Shown: positions 40,974-54,849, counted from the first letter of the stretch. The stretch is DNA of 64,000 nucleotides from Camelus dromedarius (GCF_036321535.1 NC_087436.1:43278001-43342000); one strand, 5' to 3'. A program made the numbers and translations. The notes: generated by a model not told the origin, from the sequence alone.

Positions 40974-41428
40974 AGTATATCTATACAATGGATTACAACT
41001 CAGCCATTAAAAAAAGAATGAAATTTTGCCATTGCAACAACATGGATGGACTTGGAGGGTATTATGCTAAGTGAAATAAGTCAGACAGAGAACGACAAAT
41101 ACTGTATATAACACTTCCATAAGGAATCCAAAAAATAAACTAGAGAATATAACAAAAAAGAAACAGACTCAGAGAGAGCAAACTAGTCATTACCAGCAGC
41201 AGGAGAGAGAAGGGGGAGGGGCAAGTTAGGAGATTAAGAGGTACAAACTACTATATATAAAATAAATAATCTACAAGGATATATTGTACAGCACAGGGAA
41301 TATAGCCAATATTTTATAATAACTATAAATGGAGTATAACCTTTAAAAACTGTGAATCAATATGCTGTACACCTGAAACATATAATACTGTACAACTATA
41401 CCTAAATTTAAAGATTTAAAATTAAAAA
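40974..41428 (+). mobile_element. 5'-truncated L1 3' end
   Basis: ATGGATGGACTTGGAGGGTATTATGCTAAGTGAAATAAGTCAGACAGAG... L1 3'UTR. Degenerate TSD ATCTACTTCAGGCT / ATCGACTACAGGCT. Confidence 0.9.
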
Positions 41429-42419
41429 ATCGACTACAGGCTCCAACTTCTCCATTGGCAGAAAGGATATTCAAAATATTTAACAACTGGTACAGTTTAG
41501 GCACCAAGCAATCACAACGGATGCTGGCCGTAGCACTGGAGGAAGGTGGCCCTGGAGACCCCTAGCTGGTCCAGGCATTAGTCCTTTGTTTGCTCATTTT
41601 GGGGATGGAAGTGGACTGGGGGATCCTGGGGACAGGCTCCACGTCGTTACAGTAGAACCAGCAGCTTGGTGGGCTCCTAGAAGCAGCTATTTAATTAGCC
41701 TGTTTGGAAGCATTGCCAAGCGTGAACCGTCAGTACAGCTGCTCTGCTTCACACTGGCTGAGCCCAGCCCCGTCCGTGGGGCATTCCCAAAGCACTGTGG
41801 TCTGCACTGTTCCTCTCCTTCTCTGGCATCTCATGGGTATTCATTTCACCACTCCCATTACCACTCACTTGCCTGTTGACTCTGATAGTTAAGGGATTAC
41901 ACGTGGATAAGTCCTGTCTCTAAATCGAGATTGAAAGTTCCTAGAGCACAGAAGCCGTAACTTATCTTCTTTCAAAATTTATCTTTAAATAAACCATCCA
42001 AAAGTCACATAATCAGGCTCTATATCATTTCATATTTTCAAAAATGCCTTATCAGCATGATTTTCATTACACTCTTGGATCTTTTTCAGGTTAACAGCAA
42101 AACTACATGAAGAAAGCTTTCTCACAGCAGTTATAAAAAAGGCTACTGAAGGGGATGTTCACTATATCCTTGAAGGTCCCTTATTTCTATCCTCTTAGAA
42201 CTCAAAACTGAAAAAAGTTTAACTCTCTTGACGTACTGTATGCTTCGTAGATAAAGAATCATCTCTCTCTCACACATACACACCACACACACACCCTACT
42301 CCACCTTAGTAAATAGCACTGTCTAGTACTCACTGGCATAAGCCAATAATCGTTTCTCTTTCCTTTATAAGCCAAAACAATCCTTCAATAAAAACAAAAA
42401 TACATCCGGAATCTGTCAC

Positions 42420-42950
42420 TTCTCACAACACTAAGACCCTAATTTAATACTATGTCATCGTTCTCCTCAGGGGTTTCTGGGACGCCTTAAATTGGCCTCC
42501 GTTCTTCCTTGCTTGATGGAATATACAATCCGTTCTCCACCAAGCAGAGAGAGAGACAGAGACAGAGACAGAGGCAGAGAGAGAGCTTTTGAAGTATAAA
42601 TGGAGTCCTACTATTTCTCTGACTAAAATCCTTCAGAGGTTTCCCACTGTTCTTAGAATGAAATCCAGACTCTTTTCCAAGACCCACTGCTTTCAGAGAG
42701 AAATCTAAATTTCTGCCAAGGTGGGCCTGTGCCTGCACCTCAGACCTTGTTGCCACTGTTTCCTGTGTTCACTACTTTGCAGCCACGCACCCTCCCTGGC
42801 CCTTGGCCACGCCCAGTGCACTCCTACCTCACCTGGGCAGCATGCTCCCTGCATCTCCCTGCACTGGGTTACCGTTTGTCTCCTGTCTGTCTTGTCAACA
42901 TATCACCAGCATTTTGAACGATATCTAGCTCAATAAAAATCTGCTGACTG
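42420..42950 (+). mobile_element. L2 LINE fragment with (GAGACA)n insertion
   Basis: TCCTTCAGAGGTTTCCCACTGTTCTTAGAATGAAATCCAGACTC...CTCAATAAAAATCTGCTGACTGA, an L2 3' end. Confidence 0.55.
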
Positions 42951-44399
42951 AGTTACTATCTTTTGATTCAGCAGAGCAGAAAAGCACTGAACTGTTTTCG
43001 CAGTAACAGCAGAATTCATTGCTCATGGGCTCAATTCCCAAGAATATGTATACTATAACCAGAAGGCTGACATAAAGAAGATAAAATTATTTACTATAAT
43101 TGGGAAAAGATGTTAAAATAAATGAAACAAGAACAGAAAAATCTCTGAGAATACACTGGTAAAAAGAGAAGGATGTACTAACTTAAAAATCAGCTAGGAC
43201 AGATAACCTAAGGAATATTTGTGATGAAGCATCACATTTATGGTTTTGCTGTTGGGATGAAGCAAATTAATCTGATACGGTAAAGAAACTACAATAAAAG
43301 CACATGGCCCATTGCAAGAAAAATATAGAGAGCACTTAGATCAATATGCAAATCTATAAATGATGCCATAACAAAAATTCAAGCCAAGAAGAAGAATAAG
43401 AAATAAGACATATTCCTGATGCTGTTCTAGGTTGCACTTTACCAAAGCATGGCCAAGAAGCCGTCTATCTGGAGCCCGCTTAGCCCCTGCATGGCTTTGC
43501 TGACTCATGTCCCAGACAGAGCTCCGCTAGGGCCCAGGACGAAGTCTGTAAGGCATCTCTAAGAGCCTCTGCTTTCATAAGTGAACCTGGTATATATGTA
43601 CCAATCACCTGCGTAAATGAAAACAAAAAGGTATCTGAGAGATAATGTGGTTTTTCCTTCTGCAATCAACAGAAACATTTAGAACTATTAGTAGGACTTA
43701 TTCTGAATAAGAACGTGAATACAGCTGAATTTTGTTCTTGACTGTCTCTGCCCCACCTGCTTCCTCTTTTTGGAACTGTCAGGTTGATTGGGATAATAGA
43801 AGATCTCCGTGTCCTTCAAGGACTAACGTAAGAGGCAACCAGAGGAAAACCCTAACATGAGCTCATAAGTCTTACATCTTCATGAGGAAGGCAGGCATTT
43901 TTTTCTCTGTGGATTTGGAATAAGGTCTCTGGGAGTAGAGCTCTCTGGTGCCCTCAAATTTTGAGTGAAGGGAGGGATGGACTTGGAAATACTCACAACA
44001 GAGGGACTGCAGTCCAGCCTAGTCCATTATCTGTGGTTGGGGGTGGGAGTCTGCACAGGTTTGCCTACTCTTTTCCTCCACTCAAATACCTCCATGCTAC
44101 TAGAGTCCTCACTGCACTAGCAAAAAGAAAAAGAGAAGCTAGCTGTAACTCGTTTGAAATGTATTTCCAAATTGCTTTCCAAATAATTAGAAAAATTTAC
44201 AACACACCCAGGAATGTCTACCAGTTTCAACACAATCTTCTAAGACTGAATATTATTATATTTCATATCTTTGTTAACAGACAGAATATTTTATTTTATT
44301 GTTTTAATGTATATCTTTATAAAACAGAAATACTGTAACTAAAATTAGTATTTAGGAATTGAAAATTTTAGCAATTGATAATTTAATCATAGAAAATTT

Positions 44400-44550
44400 A
44401 GGAACTGTTGGAATACAGCCAGGTCTATTTGTTTACCTCCTGCTTATGGCTGCTTTTGTTCAGACAACAACAGAGTTGAATAGCTGCACCAGAGATCACA
44501 CGCCCACAAAGTGTAACATTCACTCTATGGCCCTTTACAGAGTTTGCAGA
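44400..44550. mobile_element. MER58-type hAT DNA transposon relic
   Basis: TATGGCTGCTTT...ACAACAACAGAGTTGAATAGCTGCACCAGAGA...CCCACAAAG...TGGCCCTTTACAGAGTTTGC matches the MER58 core as I recall it. Confidence 0.65.
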
Positions 44551-45936
44551 ATTCAGAGCTGGGATTTAAGTATTAATTTGTATATATATTTTAAAATAAT
44601 GTGTTATTTGTCCAGGTATAGAATTTTAAAATTTTGTGGCATATTAGCTGTTCACCTTTTTTGCTATAATCTTTTAAAGTTGCTTTAAAGCTTAGAAAAT
44701 TATTATATTGCCAAAACAATGTTTAGTTTTGTTTTCTACTTTTTTGATATAATTTCTAGGTTTAACTATGTACCATATCTAGAAATAAATTCTGGTCTGA
44801 TTTTTTTAATCTTATAAAAAAATGTAAAAGCCTGTAAGTGGAATTTCAAATATGGACATACAACAATATTGTTCAAGAAGAAATTATTTTTTGTTTGTTT
44901 ACTTCCAACACAATTCCTGGAAACTGATTTATTCCACATGGCTATACTCATCTATATAAACAAATGTCAAACTATTCAAAATTCTAAATAAAACTTACAG
45001 AAAAGAATGAAGCATTAATTTACATAAAGCCCAGAAGTTTTAGAACCTCAAAATTTGTATTTTTTCCATGAGTTTAGTTCTGATTATGAATAAAGCTGGA
45101 CAATGTATTTATTTGAAATTTTTGGCCTAAAAACACAATAAAGTCTATAAAACATTTCTAAGTTAATTTCCAGAAGAAAAAAAGTGCTAAGGACCTCTGT
45201 TTCTGTTTTTCCCCTCAAAAAAAATTATAAAAATATCAGTTAATAAGTTCTGAACCAATTAACTTAATCATTAATTGTGACAAGCATAAATGATGAAAAG
45301 GGGCTAATTAAGAAATGTACCTAGATGATGTAAGCAGTGACTTCAGCCTTCTAGTAGCTATTTAAAAATAAAGTAAGATGATAGAGTTCTTAAGTTTGGG
45401 AAACTTAAGCTGGATAGAACTACATATTTTGCTTCAGTCATTTTTGGTATTATGAACTAACTTCTTCCCCCCTGTGTCTAAAGTGATGAAATCCCGAGTA
45501 CAATATCCCTTAAGAAGGTAGATAACAGGTGCATTTCTATTTCTACCATAACTTTCCATGTCACAAAAATCACTGTATGCTCCTGTCTATAACGTCATTG
45601 ACAGAAGAGTTTATTCAATGATCAGCACGTTATATTATTTAATTCAGAGAAATCAGATCATAATAATTTTTTAAAAAATCAACTCACTTTTTTTTTCCAG
45701 GGCTATACTAAGAGGGTTAGAAGGATTTCAACAAGAGAATGACATCACTATGGATTATTTCTTCTTAAAAAGTTTTCAGTCATATTCTGAACTCTGAAGT
45801 TTTGGATGAATTTCTCATTTCAGCCGTTGGACCTCAAAATCACACTAACACATCCTCTTCGTTACCTAAAAGAACGTATCAGTGCATCAAGATATCATGA
45901 CTTCTGTTCTCTATATTGAAAAAAATAGGTTTTTAG

Positions 45937-46083
45937 GGAGAGGGTATAGCTCAGTGGTAGAGCCCATGCCTAGCATCATAGGTCCTTGGTTCAATCTCCA
46001 GTACCTCCGTTAAACAAACAAACAAACAAACAAACAAACCTAATTACATCCCCCACCCTCCAAAAATAAAAATTAAAATAAAT
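45937..46083 (+). mobile_element. tRNA-derived SINE (Vic-1-like) with internal (AAAC)n
   Basis: GGGAGAGGGTATAGCTCAGTGGTAGAG...GGTTCAATCTCCAGTACC, then (AAAC)n, the CCTAATTAC motif and an A tail. Confidence 0.9.
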
Positions 46084-46582
46084 TTTAAATTGGCTTTTAT
46101 ATTTAATTTTTAAAGTGCCTCTAAAATAAATTACATGCATTACATTTTAATGGTTTTTAAAAGGTGAAAAAAAATGGAATACATTTGTGTAACTTCAAAA
46201 TTTTGAAGGAATTATTAACTAATATTTTAAAGAATAGTCTAAATGCTAAATTAATTTTTTAAAAATTCCTAGAAACTACCTTTTAAATCAGGTAGTTATT
46301 TGTTAGGGCATTTATTATTTATATATTGCAACTAAGTAAGCTTGTAAAGGTACTAAAGAGTTACCTAAATGTTCACCCTTTTTTGGGGGGCCCTCAGTCC
46401 AGAAATTGCACTTTAAGTGACCACTCAGAAATCCCGAATGAGGCTCCTGGTGGGTGGAGGCCACTTAAACCATAAAGTCTAACCCAGAAGGAGAAATGCA
46501 CCAGCCCCTGGTCACAAACGAGGGCTGTGCGGCTGTTAAGGCAGGTGCTCTCTCACCCCAGTGGGATCGCCTCACTCCCCAC

Positions 46583-46702
46583 CTTTTTGCTAAATCTCTT
46601 GCCTGGGGTGGCTTCTTTCCAATTCTGGAAGCACTGCCCTTGTTTGTCACTACCGTGCTGACCTGACTTTCTTTTCAATTTTGCTAACTGCAAACACGTC
46701 GT
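46583..46702 (-). CDS. ANK2: Candidate alternative 5' coding exon of ANK2 (TTCLQLAKLKRKSGQHGSDKQGQCFQNWKEATPGKRFSKK)
   Basis: Stop-free frame 46771->46583 ends in phase 0 at donor AAG|GTGGGG and would join exon 2 in frame. It lies in a CpG-retaining, apparently unique block. No in-frame ATG (ACG ACG at 46702-46697). An alternative acceptor TTTGCAG| would start the exon at 46687. Confidence 0.45.
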
Positions 46703-47286
46703 TTTTATTGATAAGCTCTTAGTTTCTGTTTCAGTTTCACTGGGATCTGATGGAACATCAATGCTACGAAATTATGAGATTCATCCAGGTCAGAGCAAAA
46801 GACAAAGAGAGAAGGAAACCTCCTCCGAGCCCTCCCTCCTGGAAATACCGGGCACCCCTGTGAAGTACAACCTCGCCGTTTCTCCCATTCAGAAATCCTC
46901 CGAATCTTAGTTTCATGGTTTCCCTCTGAAATAAACGACTCGCTATAAGGTCACATTCCTGCATCTGACAGATCAAAGATAAACTTTAGCCTCCAACAAC
47001 TTGAAAATCAAAATATTTCAGAGAGATTTTTTGCCCTCCCCCTCCCCAAAATCACAATAAGCCTTTTGTAACCACTTTGAGGAACATACCATGATTATGA
47101 ATTACTAAAGTCTGAAAGTCAACTTAGATTATTTGCTCAACTTTTAGGCGTCGGCACAGAATATTATCATAACCAGAACAGTATTTAAAGGTCTTTGCAC
47201 TGAAGTTAGTAAAATATTAGAAATAAAATGCCTTTATAGTCTAAAGTTGGGATTCGAAATTAGCACGTGCTTAAAAAATCTTCTGT

Positions 47287-47415
47287 TGGGGGGAAGATAT
47301 AGTTCAAGTAGAGCACAGGAGGTTCTGGGTTCAAACCCCAGTACCTGCTCTAAAAATAAATAAATGAATAAACCTAATTACCTTCCCCCTCAAAAAAATA
47401 ATTTTTTAAAGAATT
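47287..47415 (+). mobile_element. Internally deleted tRNA-derived SINE (Vic-1-like)
   Basis: GGGGGAAGATATAGTTCAAGTAGAGCACAGGAGGTTCTGGGTTCAAACCCCAGTACC. Perfect 16-bp TSD TTAAAAAATCTTCTGT at 47271-47286 and 47416-47431. Confidence 0.9.
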
Positions 47416-50400
47416 TTAAAAAATCTTCTGTGACCTCATAAAAATGAACTATGAATATACACACAGGCAAAATAATTTAACAGCCTGAATGTAAGTGAAT
47501 CTCTGCAATATTGCTGCAAGTCACTCTATCATAAAATATATGTTTAGCTTTGGACAAAATTTCGAGTTAAAGAGACATCACTCTGACTTATTCCCAAATG
47601 TTAATTCCTAGCTGAAGCCAGCTCAGAAGGAAAAAATACGAGCACTTGGGAGCACCCAGAGGAAACAGCAGCAGGCCACTGAATCAGAGGCTGTCAGCTG
47701 GTTTGATCACATTGGTTTTGTTCCGTCAGCTTCCTCCCAGGAAGTTTAGAGGTTTAACCAGTAAGGGCCAATGTTGAGTCTCATGCCACCATCCTTTTGT
47801 CCTCCTGTTCATGGCTTAGAACTTACCCGCACCCCCAGTTCTTTGGTGTCCTCGCTGTTACAGCCATAGTAGTCTGGGGTTTTGTCCAATTCCTGCAAGT
47901 GTCCCTGTGCTCTTACGCTCTTATCCGCCTGGCAAGACGGGCAGAGAGCTGCATTCCCCATCTCAGTTCTACGGTTCCTGCCGTCAGTGGGCCGGTCTTT
48001 GCCGTCTGTGCTCTGTCCAGGGCTCTCAGGGGGACACTATCGGGGACGATTCATCCAGACGACCCTTGGCTCCTCTGCTCAGTTCCCCTACACGCCCCTC
48101 ACCAGCTCTCCCCATCTGCTGACCGGGTTGCTGGTGTCAGAGAGAACTCAAAACCCCAGCAACTGCAGGCTGCCTTCAGTGACCATTTCCAATTCAGGCG
48201 CTGCCAGTCTATTTTTACACCTACCAGGCCAGTTATGCATGTCAATGGAGTGAGGGGGGTGAGGCTGAGGGGGAGCAGGCGAGGGAGGGGTGGTGTTTTG
48301 TTTTTCAGCATGCGAGCAGCCTGCTTTACACATGGACTTAAGTTCCTGCTGTGTAAACGTCTCTACATAGGAGAATTTTTGCATGACTCAGTGAATGCCT
48401 TTGAGTTTCTCCCTCTTGGTCTTTCTACAGAACACTAAAGCTGCTAATGACCTCGCTTCACCGGCATGACAGGTAAAAACTACTCTTGTAATTGCTTAAA
48501 CCAAGAAGCATCCACTTGGCTTACATACATTATTCGTTATTCTTTTTTCATAATCATTTGCAGAAAAAAATTAGCCATCCTTGCAGCGTTTAAAACTCAT
48601 TGGAAATACATCACTCAAAATGGTTCATTTTACACTGATATGGATGTTTTAAATTTTATAAATTATCCATAGTTTTTCATTATTCATGATGGTTCCAATG
48701 AGAACAAGCACTTGGCTTCATTTATAATTCTTGTTACTTTTTATTATTTTGACAATGTTTCCCTCAGCTCTATTAAAAAAAAAATAATGACTTTCAACAC
48801 CATACATACTAGCTTTGAAACCATATTACAGATTTTTGAAGGAAATTATTTCCCATGAGGTGAGCACAGCAAATATATGGTAGATTTTTGAAAAAAATCA
48901 AGACTTTGTTATAGACCATAATGGGTTGAACTTCATTCCCCCCACTTCAGGGTTTCCCCTGTAACATTATGTATAGAATTATTTTAACAGTGCTGTCGTT
49001 CCTCATTGGTTATTTCTTTTGTGTGTGCATATCTTCTCTGCTAGATAGGTTTTAAACTATTCACTGGTAGGGTCCAGACTTAGATTTTCTGTATCACCCA
49101 TCTACATGTTCTGTATTAAATGCTAAATATTTATGAAGTGTACTGAATTGAAATCAATCATTTGGGGAAAATAGGAAGTGGAAGATACTTAGAAATTAAC
49201 CACATTACATTTGATAGACTAGAACTCACCTTTCCAATTTGTCACTTTTTGAAAAAACTAGAAATGCTTTGTCATTTTTTTCATTAAAAACAGCATTCCT
49301 GTAATAGTCTATCACTCTGTATTGCTGCCCAAAGCCCTATGAACTTAAATCATGTTTGCTTGATTTCTGTAAGGACCCCCATGTTGCTTTTTTACCAATC
49401 CTGTTTGAATAACCCTTTATCCCAGAGTTTATGAGCTTAGGGGATGTTACTTAATACTAGAGCCCTAAACTCCAATTTCTGAAAGGCATTATCAGCATTC
49501 AGTGGAAATATTTTTACCTTTCAGCTATAGGTGAAAGCATCATTTAAACCTCTTTTTAGAAATGTACTGACTGAACCTACAATATTAGGACAACATGGGG
49601 GGCAGGGTGTGAACATAACTTCTCCATTCATGTTAAAGAGGAGCATAACCTAAACATTTTAAATGTTAAAGGTTGGGGTGAAAGTATTCAAAACGATGGA
49701 GCTTCAATAGCGTAATGAGATTAGACTGGCAGCTGAGATGTCTCTAGCAAAGCCTTCTATGTTGCCTGAATTATTCTTATATAGACTAAGGTAATGATTT
49801 TGCATAATATGGTAATTCTCATCAAATGTTTCACATACTTGAACCACGTACTGTCCGAATTAAGTAAGCTATGATGTTTAATGATGTGGTTATAAACTTT
49901 TCTAAGAGGATGTGTTTTTAATTGTTCTATCTTCTCTAGAAGAAGGTTCTTAAAGCCTTACAATGCCTTACAAAGCCTTAACAATGGCTGCTTCTTCTTG
50001 AATATATATGAACTCTTTCATTCAAAATATAAACCAAGATTTTGGCAGCTGTTGAAAGAGGGGCACCTTTCCCCCCACCTTTAGAATCAGTTAGCTGACT
50101 ATTTTTAAAACAAGAAATTTAATATTCAGCAGTCTTTACATGTAGAATCATGCAACTTAAAAACTGGAAGTGAACCCTAAAATTTCTCTCTAGCCTCCTC
50201 CCCTCATTGAGCTGAGATCTGAAAGTCTGTACTTACACACGTAAAAGGAATACCTAACTACTCCGGATTAGGGAATGATATTCCTAGGTGCTTGATAACT
50301 AATTTTACAGTGCTTTAACAGCATGAATTGTTTCCTGGCATGTTTCTGTCTCGTTAATACGTGACCCATTCTACCACTGTGCCGTCGATTTTGCTTCTCT

Positions 50401-53400
50401 TTCAGCCAAGCATGCCCCTCCCTTCCTCCATCAGTACATGTCCATTGTCTTTTTCAAAGCTCCTCCTAAAATTCACTTTCCCCTGAAAGTCTTAATTACC
50501 CCTATGTTAGTCTCTTAATTTGTTCTATCTTTTCGAATGAAGTTGGCACCACTATCAACTTGTACTCTTTTTACACAGAATGCCTCATCTCTCTCACTGA
50601 CCTTCTCACTGAGGTGAAATACACACAATAGGATTAAATGTTTGTTAAGTAAATGAATAAAAGGCAGCCACAGATGGGCGCACGATTCATACCATCAATG
50701 TTTAACTGGACTTCATTGCCCTAAACTTCTTCTTTTACACATTAACAGTAACAGATTTGATCATTATAAACATTTTAAGCAGGACAGATCTTTCCATTTA
50801 TTTCCAGATTGCAATAAACTTTAAGCCTTTGAAAACATATTAACCCTGTTTGGGGTGAATTTTCCTAGAAAGGAATTTGTAGTGCTTTGCTACAAAAGAA
50901 AAAAAAACGTTTATAAAGTACACTGAATTATGAACCAAACAAGAAACATGTTGACAAGTCTTAAAAGACACTTGTTCTAAATGATGAGCAATTAGTCTTC
51001 GTCTACCCTTCTCTCTTTTCTTCATCCCAGGAAAATCTTCTCATTCGTTCCCTAATAGAGAAAATTCATGCTTGTTTACTATCACATCCATGTTGCTATT
51101 ATTAGTGCTGCCCAAAACACTTCCCATAGTGGTACCACTGCTAAAGTTGAATGCCTAAACAAGAATGCGCAAAGGAAAGACAGGTACACACCGCTGCTGT
51201 TCCTGTGACTGCTGAAATTTTCTCTTTGCTGGCTAAACAGATTTAAACTGTAGACTAGAAGATACTATAGCCATGAAAACTGAACTTCCAATGAAGTTTT
51301 CGCATTTGTGATGTCTCCAAACTTTGCCAATGATCTGATGCTTTCAGCCTGATCAAAACTAAGGGTGAGAGGGGTCCACCGAAGAGGGCATTACTTCAGA
51401 AGGTAAGACCTTTCCAGTTTGACTCCTAGTGCTTCACTAAGAAATAAGAGTGGCCACCAGGCAGGTTTGTCACAAAGGCTTGGATGACCTGACAACCTAT
51501 ATACCTAACATTGTGTTGCCTAGAAGGCAAGGTTAGCAAATACTGTGCAGCACCCATGCCTTAATAATGTGCCAGCAGACTACTGGAATCTCTGTGGACA
51601 TGGCAAGGGATATGCTTTCTGCCTGGGCAGAACAATGTCACCACTGTTTCTCAAAAATGCTTCAAAGTCATTAGGGCAAATTACTCAGAAAGCAAATATT
51701 TGCATGTTTGGCCACACTTAGAGCAGGACACTTGAATGTGGTGCATGAGTTAGAAAGTGAAATTCAAAACCTCCACGATGTGACATATTTGCAATATCTT
51801 CTTAAATTCCCAGGCAATTTTACTGTTATTATTTCATCTGTATTGCTGTTTCAAATCCATCAAAAGAGAGAGGTGATTAAGGACTGAAAGCAAAAGCTAG
51901 CTCTATCTCAGCTGTAATCTGAAAGTAGAGGCTGAAGTCCCTATGACAGCAAATCTGAAAACCATCCACTACAGTTTTAAGAAGAAGCAATGATTACAGA
52001 AACATCAGAAAACTAACACCTTGGAGAAGAAATAACTGCCTCAGTTCTATAATTTAACCTGAAGAGTTAGATCACAGGTCCTGCAGAGGCATAAAAAGAT
52101 CTCTAAGAGAGGAGTAATGAATCCCAGATTTTGGTTCTACCACTAATTTACCTGGGTGGATCTGTGTGCCTCCACCAAATCTGGGCTTTCATTTTCTCTT
52201 TTTTAAAATAAGGGGATGAGACTGGATGATTTCTATATTCCTTCCAGCTCTGAAGTTCTTTACTTCTATGAAACAGAACTGTTAACATAAACATACATCT
52301 AACACAAGGTGGTAGTTGAAGCTAACCATCTATTTAGTTCATTAGCATGAAAAGCAAAAAAAAAAAAAAAAGATTAGAACTACTCAGCATCTGCACATCA
52401 TGCATCTCTGGTTCTATGAGCTGACTATGTTCAGTAGCATTTCCCTGGGAGACTCATGAGGGAAGATGAAAGGACCACAGTGTGAAATATGAAAATCTCT
52501 AGGTTGGTAACCAGGAGCTCTTTTCAAGATGAGGCCTCTTTTGCTCTGACTCCACCATTCCTGAATACTAGCCCCACTGCAAACCTGGAAACATTTTGGA
52601 AACCACACCCTGCCAGTTTTCTACACCTCATAATTTGTAAAACAACCTTCACCTGGAATGAGCTCGCTCACCAAAACTGACATAGTAAGACAGCTTTATA
52701 GGACCTTGTAGAACAAGATTTTGCAAACCAACTGCATAAGCTAGTAGGGGTTTTATTCTTCCTCAGACTAAAAATGTGTTCTTAAAGGGCAAGTGCTATC
52801 ATATTAAACATACTTAAAAAAAAATATTTTGCCAGAAGTCTTTAAAGTGGCACATCAGAAAAAAAGTTTCACTCAGAATCATGGAAATTAAATTTTCCCT
52901 CTCTTCCAAGTTGTAAGGGTTATTCAAGAATATCTATCACACATATTTTTAAAAATCAGTGTAGAGTCTCTCTCAACCTAAACTATGCATGTGCAAAATA
53001 AATTGTCCTAACATGATATTTAGTTAGCACTTTGTATTTTGCAGATCATTACTAATATGTAAGATTTATGTTACATTTGCTGAATTTAGAAATCTGCTTA
53101 GATTACAAACCGTCTCCCTCTTTTTTTTTCACCATGGTAACCATAATTGAAGACTGATTGTTTTGGTCAAATGTATTTATCTGATTAGAGTCATATTTCA
53201 TTACTCTAATTGTGTGCAAAATTCTCCATGCCCAACCACATGAAACCAAGGACAAGTTCTTCTAACTTTGGGAACCACTGACCTGTGGAAATACAACTGG
53301 AACATTTTATGCAACAACTGAGGCGGCATGTTATTTTCCCCCTTGTCTGGGTACATTCAATATCATTTCTTTGGCTAAAGTTAAATATGTAATGATTTTC

Positions 53401-54849
53401 ACTAGTTGGATCTGTTATATAATTGATCGATCAGGACAATTGCTGCATAATTTATAGATCTACACTCGATTCCCTATATTAACGCATAACTTTCCCACTT
53501 GAGGTCAGTACAAAGGAGTTTTACTGTTTATGCAGTACACAAATTAACTGAAGTGAATACTGCCAGGCTATTTATGTGCCCGCAAACATCAATTAGCCAA
53601 TTTAATTTTACGTTCCTGCCAGCTATTATTTCCATTGCAGACTGCTGTCTCTTGACTTCTAGTATATAAAAGAGGACATTCTTCAGTAAACAGTGCTAAC
53701 AACTTTTCTGGAGGCTCCTCCACACAAGGCCCACCACAAAGTGGGCCCTCGATAAATGTCGTTGCCTGACATTAAAGAGACTGTGAGATAAGAAGTGGAG
53801 GGAGTGCAAAGCCAGCCTAAAGGGCCATTTGACTAATTCTATGCTGTCGTGTTAAACTGGATTTTGAAACACAACAAGAATAAAACAATTTAGCCATTGT
53901 GCACTCCCAATTTTTCTGAAGAAAAATATGTGTGTACAAAATACTCAGAAAAAGGTTCACTACTAAAGCAGGGGTTCCGGACAAGCTTTGTTTATAGAGA
54001 GGGTCAAGTGATGAAAGTCAAAAAGCAGGAAGGGGGCGCCATTACAATCTGGCTTTAAGAGTTACGTTTTGAAACGTAAGTCAGTGTTTTAGTTCACTGA
54101 CATTCCTTGTAAGTTTCCATCTGTAAAGGAGGAAGACAGCTGATAGAGGCAATCTGAAAAGTACTCTGTCAAGGTGATTTTCCAATGAATGAATGGTGCA
54201 TGGTGCAACTGTAGCTCAGTTAATGGGGAAAGTCTAGTGCTTGAAGGGGCAACGTTCTCAGTGGCTGAGGAGAAAGCTGACCAGCTCTGCTCTGTATGTT
54301 GATGCCACAATTGTCTAGACATATCTATCAAAGAGGTCTCTCACATGCCACAGCGGTGAGACATGGGACTTGAGCTTTAGGACAAGATAAACCGAAGTGC
54401 TGTCCTAATGAGAATTTATGATCAATCTCTCCAAATAATGTCTGACAATTAAGCATATTGGAAACCCCACTCCTAAGCTCAAATGAATTATCCATGACTG
54501 AGACCAGCAAATAAAAATTCACTTATCCCTACCATACTGCTCAATTCCCACTTCACTCAGTATCTGGACAATGTTTCCCTTTGATGGTTCACAGGCATTA
54601 AGCTACATGCATTTATATTCTCAGTTAGTACAGTCACCCTAGAGGTTCTAGAAAAATAGCCACTGTTTATTAACTTTTTGGGTTATGACATATAATATAA
54701 GGGTTTAAGTGTTTTGATACATTTGTCATTACTGAAAGAATGTCTTCAGTTGTAAAACAGAGTCTAGTTCAGTGTAATCAGATATTTTAATCTGTTGGTC
54801 TCAAATTATTTTAAAATAATATTTTCCAAACAAAATAAATGCACACAGG

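Noticed and set aside
47797..48438. 213-aa plus-strand ORF
   Set aside because: TTG start, no recognisable homology, and GC-richer sequence that may be an old LTR/ERV relic. Such sequence is stop-poor by composition.
49952..49986. Three imperfect GCCTTACAA repeats as an array
   Set aside because: Simple 10-bp tandem slippage with no spacers. Not CRISPR-like.
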